A stretch of DNA of 63,767 nt from a virus (Duplodnaviria; Caudoviricetes), in IMG/VR virus record IMGVR_UViG_3300010354_000086, positions 1 to 63,767 of that record; one strand, 5' to 3'. The notes under the pieces are model-generated. The model made no database searches, was not told the origin of the DNA, and worked only from the letters and a program-made list of their open reading frames with translations. This document shows, piece after piece, positions 19,979-29,978 of the stretch (positions are counted from its first letter, which is position 1; every line of letters starts with the position of its first letter). A program made the position numbers and the translations under genes.

Positions 19979-20616
19979 GCGGCATCGTAGGACCAGATAT
20001 CGTTGAATCTGGCTTAGTTTTAATACTTGATGCAGCTAATAGTAAAAGCTATTTAGGGAGTGGAACTACCTGGTCAGATCTTAGCGGAAATAACTATAAT
20101 GGAACTCTGATTAACTCACCTTCATATAGCAGTAGCAGCGGAGGCTACTTTCAAATGACTGGAAGTAGTTACATAAGTTTCTCGTCGTACGCCCAGCCAG
20201 CATACGATACCACAACATCTTTTACTTGGAATGTGTGGGTTTATCCTTTTGCAAATGCTGTCGGACAAATAATTATGGGTAATAGAGGTAGTGATTTAAA
20301 TTTTACTAAATTAACTACAAGTAATTTTGAATACTATTCTACAATTTTACTCACTTCGATGCCTTTAAATATATGGCAAAATGTGTGTGTTGTTAAAGAC
20401 CAAACAACCCTTTCATATTATAGAAATTCCGAGTTAATAACAAGCACAACATCTTCAATTACTAAACCTTCTAGACCGTTTTATATAGGGGGTGACCCAG
20501 CACCTTTGGAATATAGCACAGCTCGTATATCGCATGTATCGGTGTATAATCGAGCATTAACTACTTCAGAAATAAGACAGAATTTTAATGCAGTTAAAGG
20601 CAGGTATAGTCTATGA
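19975..20616 (+). CDS. LamG/concanavalin A-like lectin domain protein
   Basis: GLVLILDAANSKSY..FTWNVWV..WQNVCVV..YNRALT..EI.QNFNA.KGRY. Confidence 0.85.
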   Translation: MSGIVGPDIVESGLVLILDAANSKSYLGSGTTWSDLSGNNYNGTLINSPSYSSSSGGYFQMTGSSYISFSSYAQPAYDTTTSFTWNVWVYPFANAVGQIIMGNRGSDLNFTKLTTSNFEYYSTILLTSMPLNIWQNVCVVKDQTTLSYYRNSELITSTTSSITKPSRPFYIGGDPAPLEYSTARISHVSVYNRALTTSEIRQNFNAVKGRYSL

Positions 20617-21386
20617 GCTCTTTCCTTGGTCCTGATTACGGCACTGTGAAAGGTCTGGCACGAACAGCGAAAGATCTGTTAACTTTATACCCGGAAACTG
20701 CTGGTAAAGATGGATATTATCAACTATATCCTCAAGGTAGATCTAGTACCGGTCAATTAGTATATTGCGATATGACCACCGACGGAGGTGGGTGGATGTT
20801 ATTTGCTCGAAGCCATCCTAGCACTGTAAATTATGCTGGACAAAACTGGGGTTGGAGAGGTGGTCCTATTGGAAAAGTTAATGATTTTTCACAGGCTTAT
20901 CAATTAGGATGGTGGACCTATTGGGAAGGGAACTCGACCTTTACTGAATACGCTTTTGGTAATCGATCTAATATTAATAATAACAGTTGGGGTTATTTTA
21001 TTTACAAAGTAGCAATACCTGGATATTCTACTTTTATGACTAGTAACACTCAGCAAAGTCCTAGCAGTACCTCTACACTCAAGTCTGATACTAGTGTCTA
21101 CGGATCTACAGCTTTTCCAGGCATGCAAGGAGCAATCGGATATGCTTCATCAGGTACAAGTAGTAACTTTTATTACATGCGTGACTGCTGTGGATTTGCC
21201 GGGTACGGTGCATATGCAACTAACATGACTACAACCTATTGTGGTAGCACATCAGTAGTTCATTATTCTGGACCGTGGTGTGGCGGAAGCTCAAGAGATG
21301 GCAGCGGAAATTTTCTTAGCGGAAGCTATACAGCTGGAGGATATGTTTATGGTGGGACAAATCAATACATGATTATGGTTAGATAA
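20613..21386 (+). CDS. Fibrinogen-C-like domain protein (putative receptor binding)
   Basis: DGYY..VYCDMTTDGGGWML signature; rich in aromatic residues, Gly and Cys. Confidence 0.75.
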   Translation: MSSFLGPDYGTVKGLARTAKDLLTLYPETAGKDGYYQLYPQGRSSTGQLVYCDMTTDGGGWMLFARSHPSTVNYAGQNWGWRGGPIGKVNDFSQAYQLGWWTYWEGNSTFTEYAFGNRSNINNNSWGYFIYKVAIPGYSTFMTSNTQQSPSSTSTLKSDTSVYGSTAFPGMQGAIGYASSGTSSNFYYMRDCCGFAGYGAYATNMTTTYCGSTSVVHYSGPWCGGSSRDGSGNFLSGSYTAGGYVYGGTNQYMIMVR

Positions 21387-21387
21387 T

Positions 21388-21807
21388 TCAACCTAGTAGA
21401 TCATAAAGAGTAGTTAATTTAGCTCGATTAATCTTATTTCCTAAACTGCTTTTTAATCCCGGATGTAATGATCTAGGCCAGCACCCGATATCAACCCATG
21501 CATACCCCTGATGTTCTTCAGATAATACAGGTATAAACTCTTCGCTAACTAAACAAACAAACGTAGTGTATTCAAACCTATCGTCAGTACTTTTAAATTT
21601 TTCTAAAGGTATGGTTTTTTCTATTTGAACGTTTGTTCCGATTTCTTCTTGTATTTCTCGCACTAGTCCTTGATAAGTTGTTTCACCAATTTCGTGGCTC
21701 CCGCCAACTAGTACCCAACAATTTTCAAATTTACCTGTAGCTTTCTGTAAAAATAAAAATCTTCTAGTATTTTTAGCTAAAAATAAAGCACCGCTTGACT
21801 GAATCAC
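21388..21807 (-). CDS. NUDIX hydrolase
   Basis: Nudix box GGSHEIGET..GLVREIQEEIG and EHQGYAW; GTG 21807 overlaps the gp15 stop (GTGA). ORF track start is 21822. Confidence 0.85.
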   Translation of the reverse strand: MIQSSGALFLAKNTRRFLFLQKATGKFENCWVLVGGSHEIGETTYQGLVREIQEEIGTNVQIEKTIPLEKFKSTDDRFEYTTFVCLVSEEFIPVLSEEHQGYAWVDIGCWPRSLHPGLKSSLGNKINRAKLTTLYDLLG

Positions 21808-23210
21808 AGAACTAGTCTCCAATAGCCCGCTCTATAGATACCTTCAAAAGCCTTAGACCATTGGTGACCATCCCATTTATACTGTATGTTTGTTCGTAAA
21901 TTTGTTTGATAGCTAACATCTGTTATGTTTGTAGCATCAAAAACAATACTCCAACTCGACCCATTCCATTCTACAATATCGTTAACTGAAGCTACAAAAT
22001 CTGATGCATCTAAGTTCTTCCAAGATTCTGCTCCGTCTGTATTTCCTTGGTCTCCAATATCTCCAACTAACAGATATCGTGTACCAGCTACAGGCGTACC
22101 AGGATTAAAGCTTTCTGGATTAATAATAGCATCAAATGTTCCACGACCACCAGGATAGTAACCGCTATTAATTGCAGTGTTAGTATGGAAGCTATCTGGA
22201 TCCCAGTTAACAGTAAGAAGACTAGGATCTAATGGGTGTTCAGCAAGTGTACCAACCACTTCTGTACTATCTTCTTGTTGTAAAAATACTCTACTACTAC
22301 CAGCAATAAACTTTCCGGGGTACTGATCTAAAATTATACGCCAATCAAACTTATCGCCTGTTGGTATAGGTTGTCCATCAAATGGATTGATTACAGGAGT
22401 ATTTTGTTCTAGAATTCTAATAGTGTTATCGAGCACTAAAATCCCAAATCCACCAATATTAACTCTTAACTGAGAATCCGGAGCACCGTCGGGGAAATAG
22501 TATAAATCTCCATACAAGTCTTTTTCTGATAATGCACCTTGTCCTTCACCGTAGATGTTCATAATGATATCAGTGATAACTCCGAGCTTTTTAACCTTAG
22601 CAGGCGGACTAATGTATATAGGAGTTTCAAAAGTTAATGTAGCAATGTCTATTTCTGATTCATTGCCCATAGGTATGCTACGACTAGAAAAGATCATGTC
22701 TGTTAGTTCTACTCTAGTTAAACTAGTCCAGTCAATATAATTGTCAGTTGTTTGTAATTCCATACTTGGATTAAACAACACTAGTATTTGTTCTAGAATT
22801 TGTAATTTTTGATCATTATTAGTTGACCAAATATCTGCCTTAACTGTAAGATTATACGGAGTTGGCATCAGGCGTTCTACAGTATAATTTTTTCCCTGTA
22901 CTGTAGTATATTGTTGTGTAACAGGATTAAAATCTCGTTCTCTAATATGTACCTTGCTAATAAAACTAGCGTCACTGAGTCTATTTCGGTCCAGTTGTAA
23001 ATCAGTAATATACAGTGCTATCCTAGGGGCACTCGGAATCTTATTACTGCTGTTATCTCGGATAATATGAGCAACTTGTCGAGTTAAGTCACCGTACTGT
23101 ACTGGGATGGTGATTTGTTCACCGTCTCCAGTTTGATACTTAAAACCGCTTAACATTCGAATCATCTGACTCAAATACCTTCGTATTTGTCCGTCATAAA
23201 AAAATTTCAT
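21804..23210 (-). CDS. gp15: Tail terminator / sheath stabiliser, gp15-like, with C-terminal extension
   Basis: FFYDGQIRRY..IPVQYG..P.IA..PTPYNL..QILEQILVLFNP; next to neck genes. Confidence 0.75.
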   Translation of the reverse strand: MKFFYDGQIRRYLSQMIRMLSGFKYQTGDGEQITIPVQYGDLTRQVAHIIRDNSSNKIPSAPRIALYITDLQLDRNRLSDASFISKVHIRERDFNPVTQQYTTVQGKNYTVERLMPTPYNLTVKADIWSTNNDQKLQILEQILVLFNPSMELQTTDNYIDWTSLTRVELTDMIFSSRSIPMGNESEIDIATLTFETPIYISPPAKVKKLGVITDIIMNIYGEGQGALSEKDLYGDLYYFPDGAPDSQLRVNIGGFGILVLDNTIRILEQNTPVINPFDGQPIPTGDKFDWRIILDQYPGKFIAGSSRVFLQQEDSTEVVGTLAEHPLDPSLLTVNWDPDSFHTNTAINSGYYPGGRGTFDAIINPESFNPGTPVAGTRYLLVGDIGDQGNTDGAESWKNLDASDFVASVNDIVEWNGSSWSIVFDATNITDVSYQTNLRTNIQYKWDGHQWSKAFEGIYRAGYWRLVL

Positions 23211-23218
23211 TCTATTCC

Positions 23219-24358
23219 CTAATTATCTGCTTTGGGCTTAAGTGCTTGAGAAAGACTCTGTCTTTCAACAACCTGTTCACCACTAATGTTGCTTACAGTA
23301 TCATTATTAATAAAGTTATATTTTTGTCTATTTCTTAGATCAGTATTAGTGATTTGATGTCTAACTTTATCTTCATATTTAACCCATCTACGACCATCAT
23401 ATCTAAATAACCTGTTAGGCTGATAATCAACTCTTAGGAAGAAGTCTCCAACTGCTGGACCAGCTGGAAATTGAATTCCAAATCCATACGGTGATCCGTT
23501 AGGCGGCACTCCGTCACCAAGTAAGTAACCAGAATAGCCGTCTTTAACAGGAGTTCTATATTCCGGTCTAGTACTATCTTCTGATATAACTCCGCCCTGT
23601 TCTAGTGCAGGTCTTCCTTTTTCGTCTACAGCTAGAGTATAGAAGTGTTTAGTATTATATCCACTCTGAGGATTATCGAGTTCAGCTTGAGTTACTATAG
23701 CATCATTAATCATCATATCTTTATTATAAGAAGAAAGCACATCTCTAAGAGAATCACTCGATCCTTCATCTGCGGGTAAATCTAATATATCTTTAAATTC
23801 TTGACTGTCGCTGATCGGTTTTAATTTTATTCGATATAAATGTGGATACCATGTAGCTGAGAATCCCTCACTAGCACGATCTATTTCTTCGACTACATAA
23901 AATCTTTTTAACGCTACATCAAAATTATTTAAGGCATGATAATCTTTTAAATGGGGTAATTCAAACACATCACCTGGCATGATCTTACGACCGATAGTGT
24001 CAACACTATTATTAATATGAAGGGTCATAAAAATAGTATCATTTTGTAAAAATAACCCAAATTGACTTAGATTAAAATCAATATCTTGTACATTGTATAC
24101 ACCCCTAAGTACATAGATATCAGGATCATATTTACGGTCTCTATTTTCTAAAAATAAAAGATCTTGAATATTAGTTTCTGAAATAGCATTATATGTTGGT
24201 TGCGTAGCTGACGACTCAGTTGAGCTTGGGTTTCGAGGACCTAGATACTTATGAACATGTACATCAGTGCCGCCAACTTGAAACATTTCATAGATAGTTT
24301 TATCTATAAATTTATAATCATTACCTCTTTCTGGACGATATAGACTTAGTCTTGGCAT
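23219..24358 (-). CDS. gp14: Neck protein, gp14-like
   Basis: LSQFGLFL..GDVFELPHL motifs; positioned between gp13 and gp15. Confidence 0.65.
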   Translation of the reverse strand: MPRLSLYRPERGNDYKFIDKTIYEMFQVGGTDVHVHKYLGPRNPSSTESSATQPTYNAISETNIQDLLFLENRDRKYDPDIYVLRGVYNVQDIDFNLSQFGLFLQNDTIFMTLHINNSVDTIGRKIMPGDVFELPHLKDYHALNNFDVALKRFYVVEEIDRASEGFSATWYPHLYRIKLKPISDSQEFKDILDLPADEGSSDSLRDVLSSYNKDMMINDAIVTQAELDNPQSGYNTKHFYTLAVDEKGRPALEQGGVISEDSTRPEYRTPVKDGYSGYLLGDGVPPNGSPYGFGIQFPAGPAVGDFFLRVDYQPNRLFRYDGRRWVKYEDKVRHQITNTDLRNRQKYNFINNDTVSNISGEQVVERQSLSQALKPKADN

Positions 24359-24362
24359 AGTG

Positions 24363-24379
24363 TATTTATCTGATAAATA
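24363..24379. promoter_or_regulatory. Back-to-back divergent late promoters
   Basis: TATTTATC-T-GATAAATA palindrome: ATAAATA on - (24363-24369) and on + (24373-24379). Confidence 0.75.
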
Positions 24380-24395
24380 TGCTAGGAGATCTTGT

Positions 24396-25163
24396 ATGTC
24401 AGAAACCGTAACTTTAAGCCAAAAAAGACAGGAAGTATACGACTATGTCAAGTTAATGCTCGGTGATGGCATGATTGATGTTGAACTAGATCCTGGACAT
24501 TATAAAATTGCTTTAGATAAATCTCTAGCTCGTTATCGACAACGATCGGATCATAGTACTGAAGAATCTTGGAGTTTTTTAACTCTAAGAGAAGATATTA
24601 ATACCTATACATTACCCCCTGAGATTATCGAAGTAAGACAGATTTTTCGTCGATCTATCGGAAGTCGAACTGGTGGCGGTGATGGTGGTACTTTGTTTGA
24701 ACCTTTTAACTTAGCCTACACTAACACTTACTTATTAAGTAGCTCAAATATGGGTGGATTAGCAACTTATGATTTCTTTGCTCAATATCAGGAAATGGTC
24801 GGGCGTATGTTTGGTAGTTTTATTGAATTTAAGTGGTACCCTCAATCACATAAATTAACCATTTTACAACGACCAAGGACTAGTGAAGAAGTTCTAATAC
24901 ACTGCTACAATTTTAGACCAGACCTTGCTATACTCGACGATGTATACGCTAAACAATGGATTAGAGATTACACTCTAGCTAATTGCAAAATGATATTAGG
25001 ACAAGCTCGAGAAAAATTTACCCAGATAGCTGGACCACAAGGAGGTACTAGTTTAAACGGTCAGTCTTTAAAGGCAGAAGCACAATCCGAATTAGAAAAA
25101 TTAGATCTAGAATTAACAACTCAGGTAAGCGGCGGTAGAGGATACACCTTTATTATAGGGTAA
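24396..25163 (+). CDS. gp13: Neck protein, gp13-like
   Basis: LGDGMIDVELD..WIRDYTLA..K.ILGQAR.KF..GG..LNG..L..EA..E.EKL; SD AGGAG before ATG 24396. Confidence 0.85.
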   Translation: MSETVTLSQKRQEVYDYVKLMLGDGMIDVELDPGHYKIALDKSLARYRQRSDHSTEESWSFLTLREDINTYTLPPEIIEVRQIFRRSIGSRTGGGDGGTLFEPFNLAYTNTYLLSSSNMGGLATYDFFAQYQEMVGRMFGSFIEFKWYPQSHKLTILQRPRTSEEVLIHCYNFRPDLAILDDVYAKQWIRDYTLANCKMILGQAREKFTQIAGPQGGTSLNGQSLKAEAQSELEKLDLELTTQVSGGRGYTFIIG

Positions 25164-25167
25164 CGAT

Positions 25168-25524
25168 ATGAAAATTCGAGAGATTCTAACAGAAAAATCA
25201 GAAAGAAAGCTTGGTAAAAATATTCGTCAATCAGGGACTCATGCTAAACAATATCAAGGAATTGATCAGTACTATGACATGTACCGACTAGGCATAGCTA
25301 TGGCTGGCGCCCCAGATATTCCTATAGACTCTGAAGGTCCTGCAAAAGATATACCTGCGGTATGGATGTACAGCAAAGGTGAAGAAGATATAGTTAATCG
25401 AGCAGCAAAGAATCAAGGGATCAAAGGCAAAACTATAGTCGGAAAAGGACAAAGTGAAGAGCTTCCACAAATTAATACTTCAAGTCCAGTTGCTCAGCCA
25501 AAACGAAACAAATACGGCATTTAA
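25168..25524 (+). CDS. Hypothetical protein with capsid-targeting-like N-terminus
   Basis: Starts MKIREILTE; YDMYRLG motif shared with a module of ORF 61766. Confidence 0.6.
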   Translation: MKIREILTEKSERKLGKNIRQSGTHAKQYQGIDQYYDMYRLGIAMAGAPDIPIDSEGPAKDIPAVWMYSKGEEDIVNRAAKNQGIKGKTIVGKGQSEELPQINTSSPVAQPKRNKYGI

Positions 25525-25527
25525 ATA

Positions 25528-25556
25528 TTGACAAAACTGATTAAATCGTATAAAGT
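25528..25556 (+). promoter_or_regulatory. Sigma70-type promoter
   Basis: TTGACA-N17-TAAAGT upstream of the dNMP kinase. Confidence 0.65.
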
Positions 25557-25577
25557 ATAGTATCACGGAGAGATACT

Positions 25578-26255
25578 ATGATTATTGGCTTTGTAGGATT
25601 TATCGGTTCTGGGAAAGATACCGCAGCAGATTATCTTGTAAATTTTCACGGATTCCGTAGAGATAGTTTTGCTAATACACTTAAAGATGCTGTTGCTGCT
25701 GTATTTGGATGGGATCGAACGCTACTCGAAGGTAGAACTGCTGAAGCTAGAGCATGGCGTGAACAACGAGATGAATGGTGGAGTGATCGTCTAGGCAAAG
25801 ATATTACACCTCGATGGGTCTTACAGTATTGGGGAACTGAAGTTTGCCGTCAAGGCTTTCACGATGATATTTGGATTGCTAGTTTAGAAAATAAAATTAG
25901 AAAAACTAAAGATAATATTGTTATTAGCGATGTTAGATTTCCGAACGAAATTAAAGCAATACATAATGCCGGCGGATTAGTTGTAAGAGTTAAAAGAGGT
26001 CCAGAACCAGACTGGTTTCAAGATGCAGCTAATGTTAATTCAGGACCTACAAATATGAGTTGGGCAATCAGTAAACAACGAATGCTTGAATTAAAAATTC
26101 ATGCTAGTGAAACTAGTTGGATTGGAAATCAAATAGATTATACCATTGATAACGATCATACTATTGATCATCTTTTTACTGAACTTAGAAGTCTGGTTGA
26201 AGGTCACCTTGGCGCCATGTTATACCTTCAAGATGGAGCAGCCGTTGGCAGTTAG
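25578..26255 (+). CDS. Deoxynucleoside monophosphate kinase, T4 gp1-like
   Basis: MIIGFVGFIGSGKDT P-loop, FA..LKD, TPRWVLQYWGTE, ISDVRFPNE, HASE. Confidence 0.9.
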   Translation: MIIGFVGFIGSGKDTAADYLVNFHGFRRDSFANTLKDAVAAVFGWDRTLLEGRTAEARAWREQRDEWWSDRLGKDITPRWVLQYWGTEVCRQGFHDDIWIASLENKIRKTKDNIVISDVRFPNEIKAIHNAGGLVVRVKRGPEPDWFQDAANVNSGPTNMSWAISKQRMLELKIHASETSWIGNQIDYTIDNDHTIDHLFTELRSLVEGHLGAMLYLQDGAAVGS

Positions 26256-26526
26256 CACAAACTGTTTTTAAATTTGTAATTTTACAATTTGATAAATTAC
26301 CATCAAGGTGGAACACATCAAATTGTTGGTGATGTTTACTCTTGTAACCGCATTTCTCACACTGAGACTTTTTACGGTATCCTTGTTGATACCATAGTGG
26401 TAACCCTTTAATACCAACACCGTATCTCAAACAGACATCGCACTTACTACGATAGTACGGTCTTTTTTCTTTATAATAGTTAATAGCTACGGGTCTATTC
26501 CCACATTTACATAATGGTCTTTTCAT
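26185..26526 (-). CDS. Zn-finger plus HNH-like protein
   Basis: CKC..CDVC, then CEKCG..HLDGN..N..NL..VCANCQ; ATAAATA 7 nt upstream (26534-26540, -). Confidence 0.7.
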   Translation of the reverse strand: MKRPLCKCGNRPVAINYYKEKRPYYRSKCDVCLRYGVGIKGLPLWYQQGYRKKSQCEKCGYKSKHHQQFDVFHLDGNLSNCKITNLKTVCANCQRLLHLEGITWRQGDLQPDF

Positions 26527-26597
26527 AACTAATTATTTATTCTGCCCTTTTTGACCCCTTTTCATCGTTTATAACCTCTTATTTTTATTTAAAACCA

Positions 26598-26604
26598 ATA
26601 AATA
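26598..26604 (+). promoter_or_regulatory. Late promoter for sheath/tube
   Basis: ATAAATA followed by SD AAGGAG and ATG 26632. Confidence 0.7.
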
Positions 26605-26631
26605 AGTTATGATGGTATTAAGGAGACCAAT

Positions 26632-29600
26632 ATGGCACTAACATCACCAGGCGTAGAGGTAACAGTAATCGACGAGAGTTTTTATACTCCTGCCGAACCA
26701 GGTACTGTACCTTTAATTATTGTAGCCTCAAGACAAAACAAAACTAGTTCTAGCGGTGCTTCTAGTGCCCAGGGAACTCTAAAAGCAAACGCAGGTAAAA
26801 TTTATACAGTTACAAGCCAGCGTGAGTTAGCTGATTTATTTGGCGATCCAACATTTGTAACTGACACAAACAACAATCCAATTCACGCTAGTGAATTAAA
26901 TGAATATGGTTTACAAGCAGCATATAGTTTCTTAGGTGTAAGCTCAAGAGCATATGTTGTTCGTGCTGATGTTGATCTAGGAGAGTTAGAAGGTTCAGCA
27001 AATCCACCAGATGGTGCTCCTTCAAATGGTCAACTGTGGTTAGACACAGCGACTACAGAATGGGGTATTTTTGAATGGAACGGAGACCTAGTGACCGCAA
27101 CTAACGGTCAGACCTTTGTTAGCAAAACACCTACATATGTACTAACATCAGCAGATCAATTAACTGGCGGAGAACCAAAACCAAGTATTGGTCGTTATGG
27201 TGATTATGCTGTAGTAGCGTACATTGACCAGGATGTTGCTACAACTAGAACTAACATGGTCAGCTACTGGTACAAGAATCGTTCAGGTTCATGGGTACAG
27301 ATAGGCAGCAAAGACTGGGCTGCTAGTTGGGCTGCTGCTAAGTCAAGTGCTAACCCAGTTGTTGGCGCTGGAAATATCAAAATTAACGATCAAATGATTG
27401 CTACTGGAAGTTCATTAGCTACACTTGCAAGTAATATTAACGCTAATGCTTCTTTATCAGCTCAAGGTATTACTGCTGCTGTAGTTGACACAAGACTAGA
27501 AATTTATTCTAATGCAGATAACGATGCAGTTGGTGATTCTGAATTAGCAAATGCTGTAGTAATCGCTGCCGGTACATTGAATCCTACTACACTAGGTATT
27601 CCACCAGGAACTTACTACGGTCCAAAGATGACTATTAGTAAGCATACACAGGTTCCCGAGTACAAGAGTACAGATACTCGTCCACGACCAAGTGGTTCAG
27701 TATGGATTAAAACAACTAGTTTTAACCTAGGTGCTGATTATAAAGTTAGACAATTTAGCACAGCATTAAGTGCTTGGTCAGCTGTTCCGGCTCCAATGTA
27801 TTCAACTGCATCTGAAGCATTATACTACTTAGATCAAGCTGGTGGCGGATTAAATGTTGCTGTTGGTTCTACTTTTGTACAAACAAATGCTAAAGAGCAC
27901 AGCGGATATGATGCAACTCCTGCAGATGCCAGTTTCCACATTTATCGTAGAGCAGTTAAAGGTATTACATCAGCAACTTCCGAAAAGATTCAAACAGGAA
28001 CTTTAAGTGCAGGCGCATATTCAGTAACCATTAGAGAGTCAGTTGCAGGATCAATGACAATGAGTTCAGACTTTACTTGGACCATTACCTGTGCAGGCAC
28101 TACTGGTGATGCTGCTACTATTGCTGCTGCTCTAAGTGGTCCTGATGACAGCAATAATGTTCCTTCAGCACTGCTAGTAGAAGTCGATCTAGCTACAAAC
28201 AAAGTAGTAGTTAAGCACAAAGAGGGCGGAGAATTACATATCAAAGATACAGACAGTCTTTTTGCTGATATGGGATTTGCAGCGTTTGACTTTGAAACAA
28301 ATGAAGGTACCGCTAATTTTTATGATGCTCCTGCAGGTGATACTGGACATGATTATAGAATCAGCAATTGGAAATTATCAGCAGTTACATCAAGCGCAGC
28401 AGCACCAACTACACTAGTCGAAGATGGAAGACTATGGTACGATACTGACTTAGATGATGTAGATATCATGGTTCATGACGGTACTACTTGGGTTGGCTAT
28501 CAAAACTACAGCGGGTTTACAGGCACAGATCCAAACGGACCGATTGTAGCTGCTAGTGAGCCGTTAGAACAGAGTGACGGAACAGCACTAGTTACTGGTG
28601 ATATCTGGATTGATACTAGCGATGTTCCAAATTATCCGGTGGTAAAGCGTTATAACTCTGCACTACAGATTTGGACTACTATTGATACTTCAGATCAAAC
28701 TACAGAGAACGGTATTGTATTTGCAGATGCTCGTTGGGCAGTTGATGGCGAAACAGCTGAAGGTAGCACAATTGTTGACCTACTAACAAGTGATCATTTG
28801 GATCCAGATGCTCCAGATCCTGACTTATACCCAAGAGGCATGATGCTCTTTAATACTCGTCGTAGTGGGTTTAATGTCAAGCGTTTTGTAAAGAATCATA
28901 TCGATACAGGACCTAATTCAGAAAATCCTAGAATGGGCGATGCTTCAATGGTTAGCTACTACCCACATCGTTGGGTTACAGAATCAGCTAACGACCTAGA
29001 CGGTTCAGGAAGTTTTGGTAGTAAGGCACAAAGAAAGGTAGTTGTGCAAGCTCTACAAGCTCTAGTTAATAGCAACGAGAACTTAAGAGATGATAACCAG
29101 TACCAGTTTAACTTAATGGCTTGCCCATCATATCCAGAATTAATTGGTGAGATGCAAACACTTAATGTTGACAGAGGAATTACATCATTTATTATTGGTG
29201 ATACACCAATGACACTAGCTAATGATGCAACTACACTCTTATCATACTTAACTAATGCTGAAAACCGTGCTCAGGACGATCAGAAAGCTATTGTTACTAG
29301 AGACGAGTACTTGGGTGTTTTCTACCCAAGCGGATTTACTAGTGACAACTTCGGAAATGACGTTGTTGTTCCAGCAAGTCATATGATTTTAAGACAGTTT
29401 GCTCTTAGCGATCAAGTAAGTCGTCCATGGTTTGCACCAGCAGGTACACGTCGTGGTAATATTACTAATGCTACTAGCGTAGGTTATGTAAATGGTGAAG
29501 GTGAATTTGTTCCAGTAAGTTTAAATGAAGGACAGCGTGATACACTGTATATAAACAATGTAAACCCAATCGTTGTTGTTCCAGGTTCAGGACCTGTGAC

Positions 29601-29961
29601 ATTTGGTCAGAAAACTAGAGCAGCTACAGCTAGTGCTTTAGACAGAATCAATGTTGCAAGACTTGTTATTTACTTACGCAGTCAGTTGAATAAACTTGCT
29701 AAGCCATATATCTTTGAACCTAATGACAAGATTACTAGAGATGAGATTAAGAATCAAGTTGAAGGTTTATTGTTAGAACTCGTCGGTCTGAGAGGTATTT
29801 ACGACTTCTTAGTTGTTTGTGATGAAACTAACAACACACCAACAAGGATTGATCGTAATGAGCTCTATGTTGATGTAGCAATCGAACCAGTTAAAGCAGT
29901 TGAATTTATTTACATACCAATTCGACTAAAGAATACTGGTGAACTTGCTAATTTGGGCTAA
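26632..29961 (+). CDS. gp18: Tail sheath protein, gp18-like (1109 aa)
   Basis: LTSPGVEVTVIDES, PWFAPAGTRRG, RDTLY..VNPI, GQKT, LDRINVARL, FEPND..TR, VCDETNNTP..ID.NEL..IEPVKAVEFI. Confidence 0.95.
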   Translation: MALTSPGVEVTVIDESFYTPAEPGTVPLIIVASRQNKTSSSGASSAQGTLKANAGKIYTVTSQRELADLFGDPTFVTDTNNNPIHASELNEYGLQAAYSFLGVSSRAYVVRADVDLGELEGSANPPDGAPSNGQLWLDTATTEWGIFEWNGDLVTATNGQTFVSKTPTYVLTSADQLTGGEPKPSIGRYGDYAVVAYIDQDVATTRTNMVSYWYKNRSGSWVQIGSKDWAASWAAAKSSANPVVGAGNIKINDQMIATGSSLATLASNINANASLSAQGITAAVVDTRLEIYSNADNDAVGDSELANAVVIAAGTLNPTTLGIPPGTYYGPKMTISKHTQVPEYKSTDTRPRPSGSVWIKTTSFNLGADYKVRQFSTALSAWSAVPAPMYSTASEALYYLDQAGGGLNVAVGSTFVQTNAKEHSGYDATPADASFHIYRRAVKGITSATSEKIQTGTLSAGAYSVTIRESVAGSMTMSSDFTWTITCAGTTGDAATIAAALSGPDDSNNVPSALLVEVDLATNKVVVKHKEGGELHIKDTDSLFADMGFAAFDFETNEGTANFYDAPAGDTGHDYRISNWKLSAVTSSAAAPTTLVEDGRLWYDTDLDDVDIMVHDGTTWVGYQNYSGFTGTDPNGPIVAASEPLEQSDGTALVTGDIWIDTSDVPNYPVVKRYNSALQIWTTIDTSDQTTENGIVFADARWAVDGETAEGSTIVDLLTSDHLDPDAPDPDLYPRGMMLFNTRRSGFNVKRFVKNHIDTGPNSENPRMGDASMVSYYPHRWVTESANDLDGSGSFGSKAQRKVVVQALQALVNSNENLRDDNQYQFNLMACPSYPELIGEMQTLNVDRGITSFIIGDTPMTLANDATTLLSYLTNAENRAQDDQKAIVTRDEYLGVFYPSGFTSDNFGNDVVVPASHMILRQFALSDQVSRPWFAPAGTRRGNITNATSVGYVNGEGEFVPVSLNEGQRDTLYINNVNPIVVVPGSGPVTFGQKTRAATASALDRINVARLVIYLRSQLNKLAKPYIFEPNDKITRDEIKNQVEGLLLELVGLRGIYDFLVVCDETNNTPTRIDRNELYVDVAIEPVKAVEFIYIPIRLKNTGELANLG

Positions 29962-29978
29962 ACATTAGGAGAAACTAA

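Noticed and set aside
18642-21386. Possible diversity-generating retroelement targets (lectin-like genes)
   Set aside because: No reverse transcriptase and no template/variable repeat pair differing at adenines was seen in the window.
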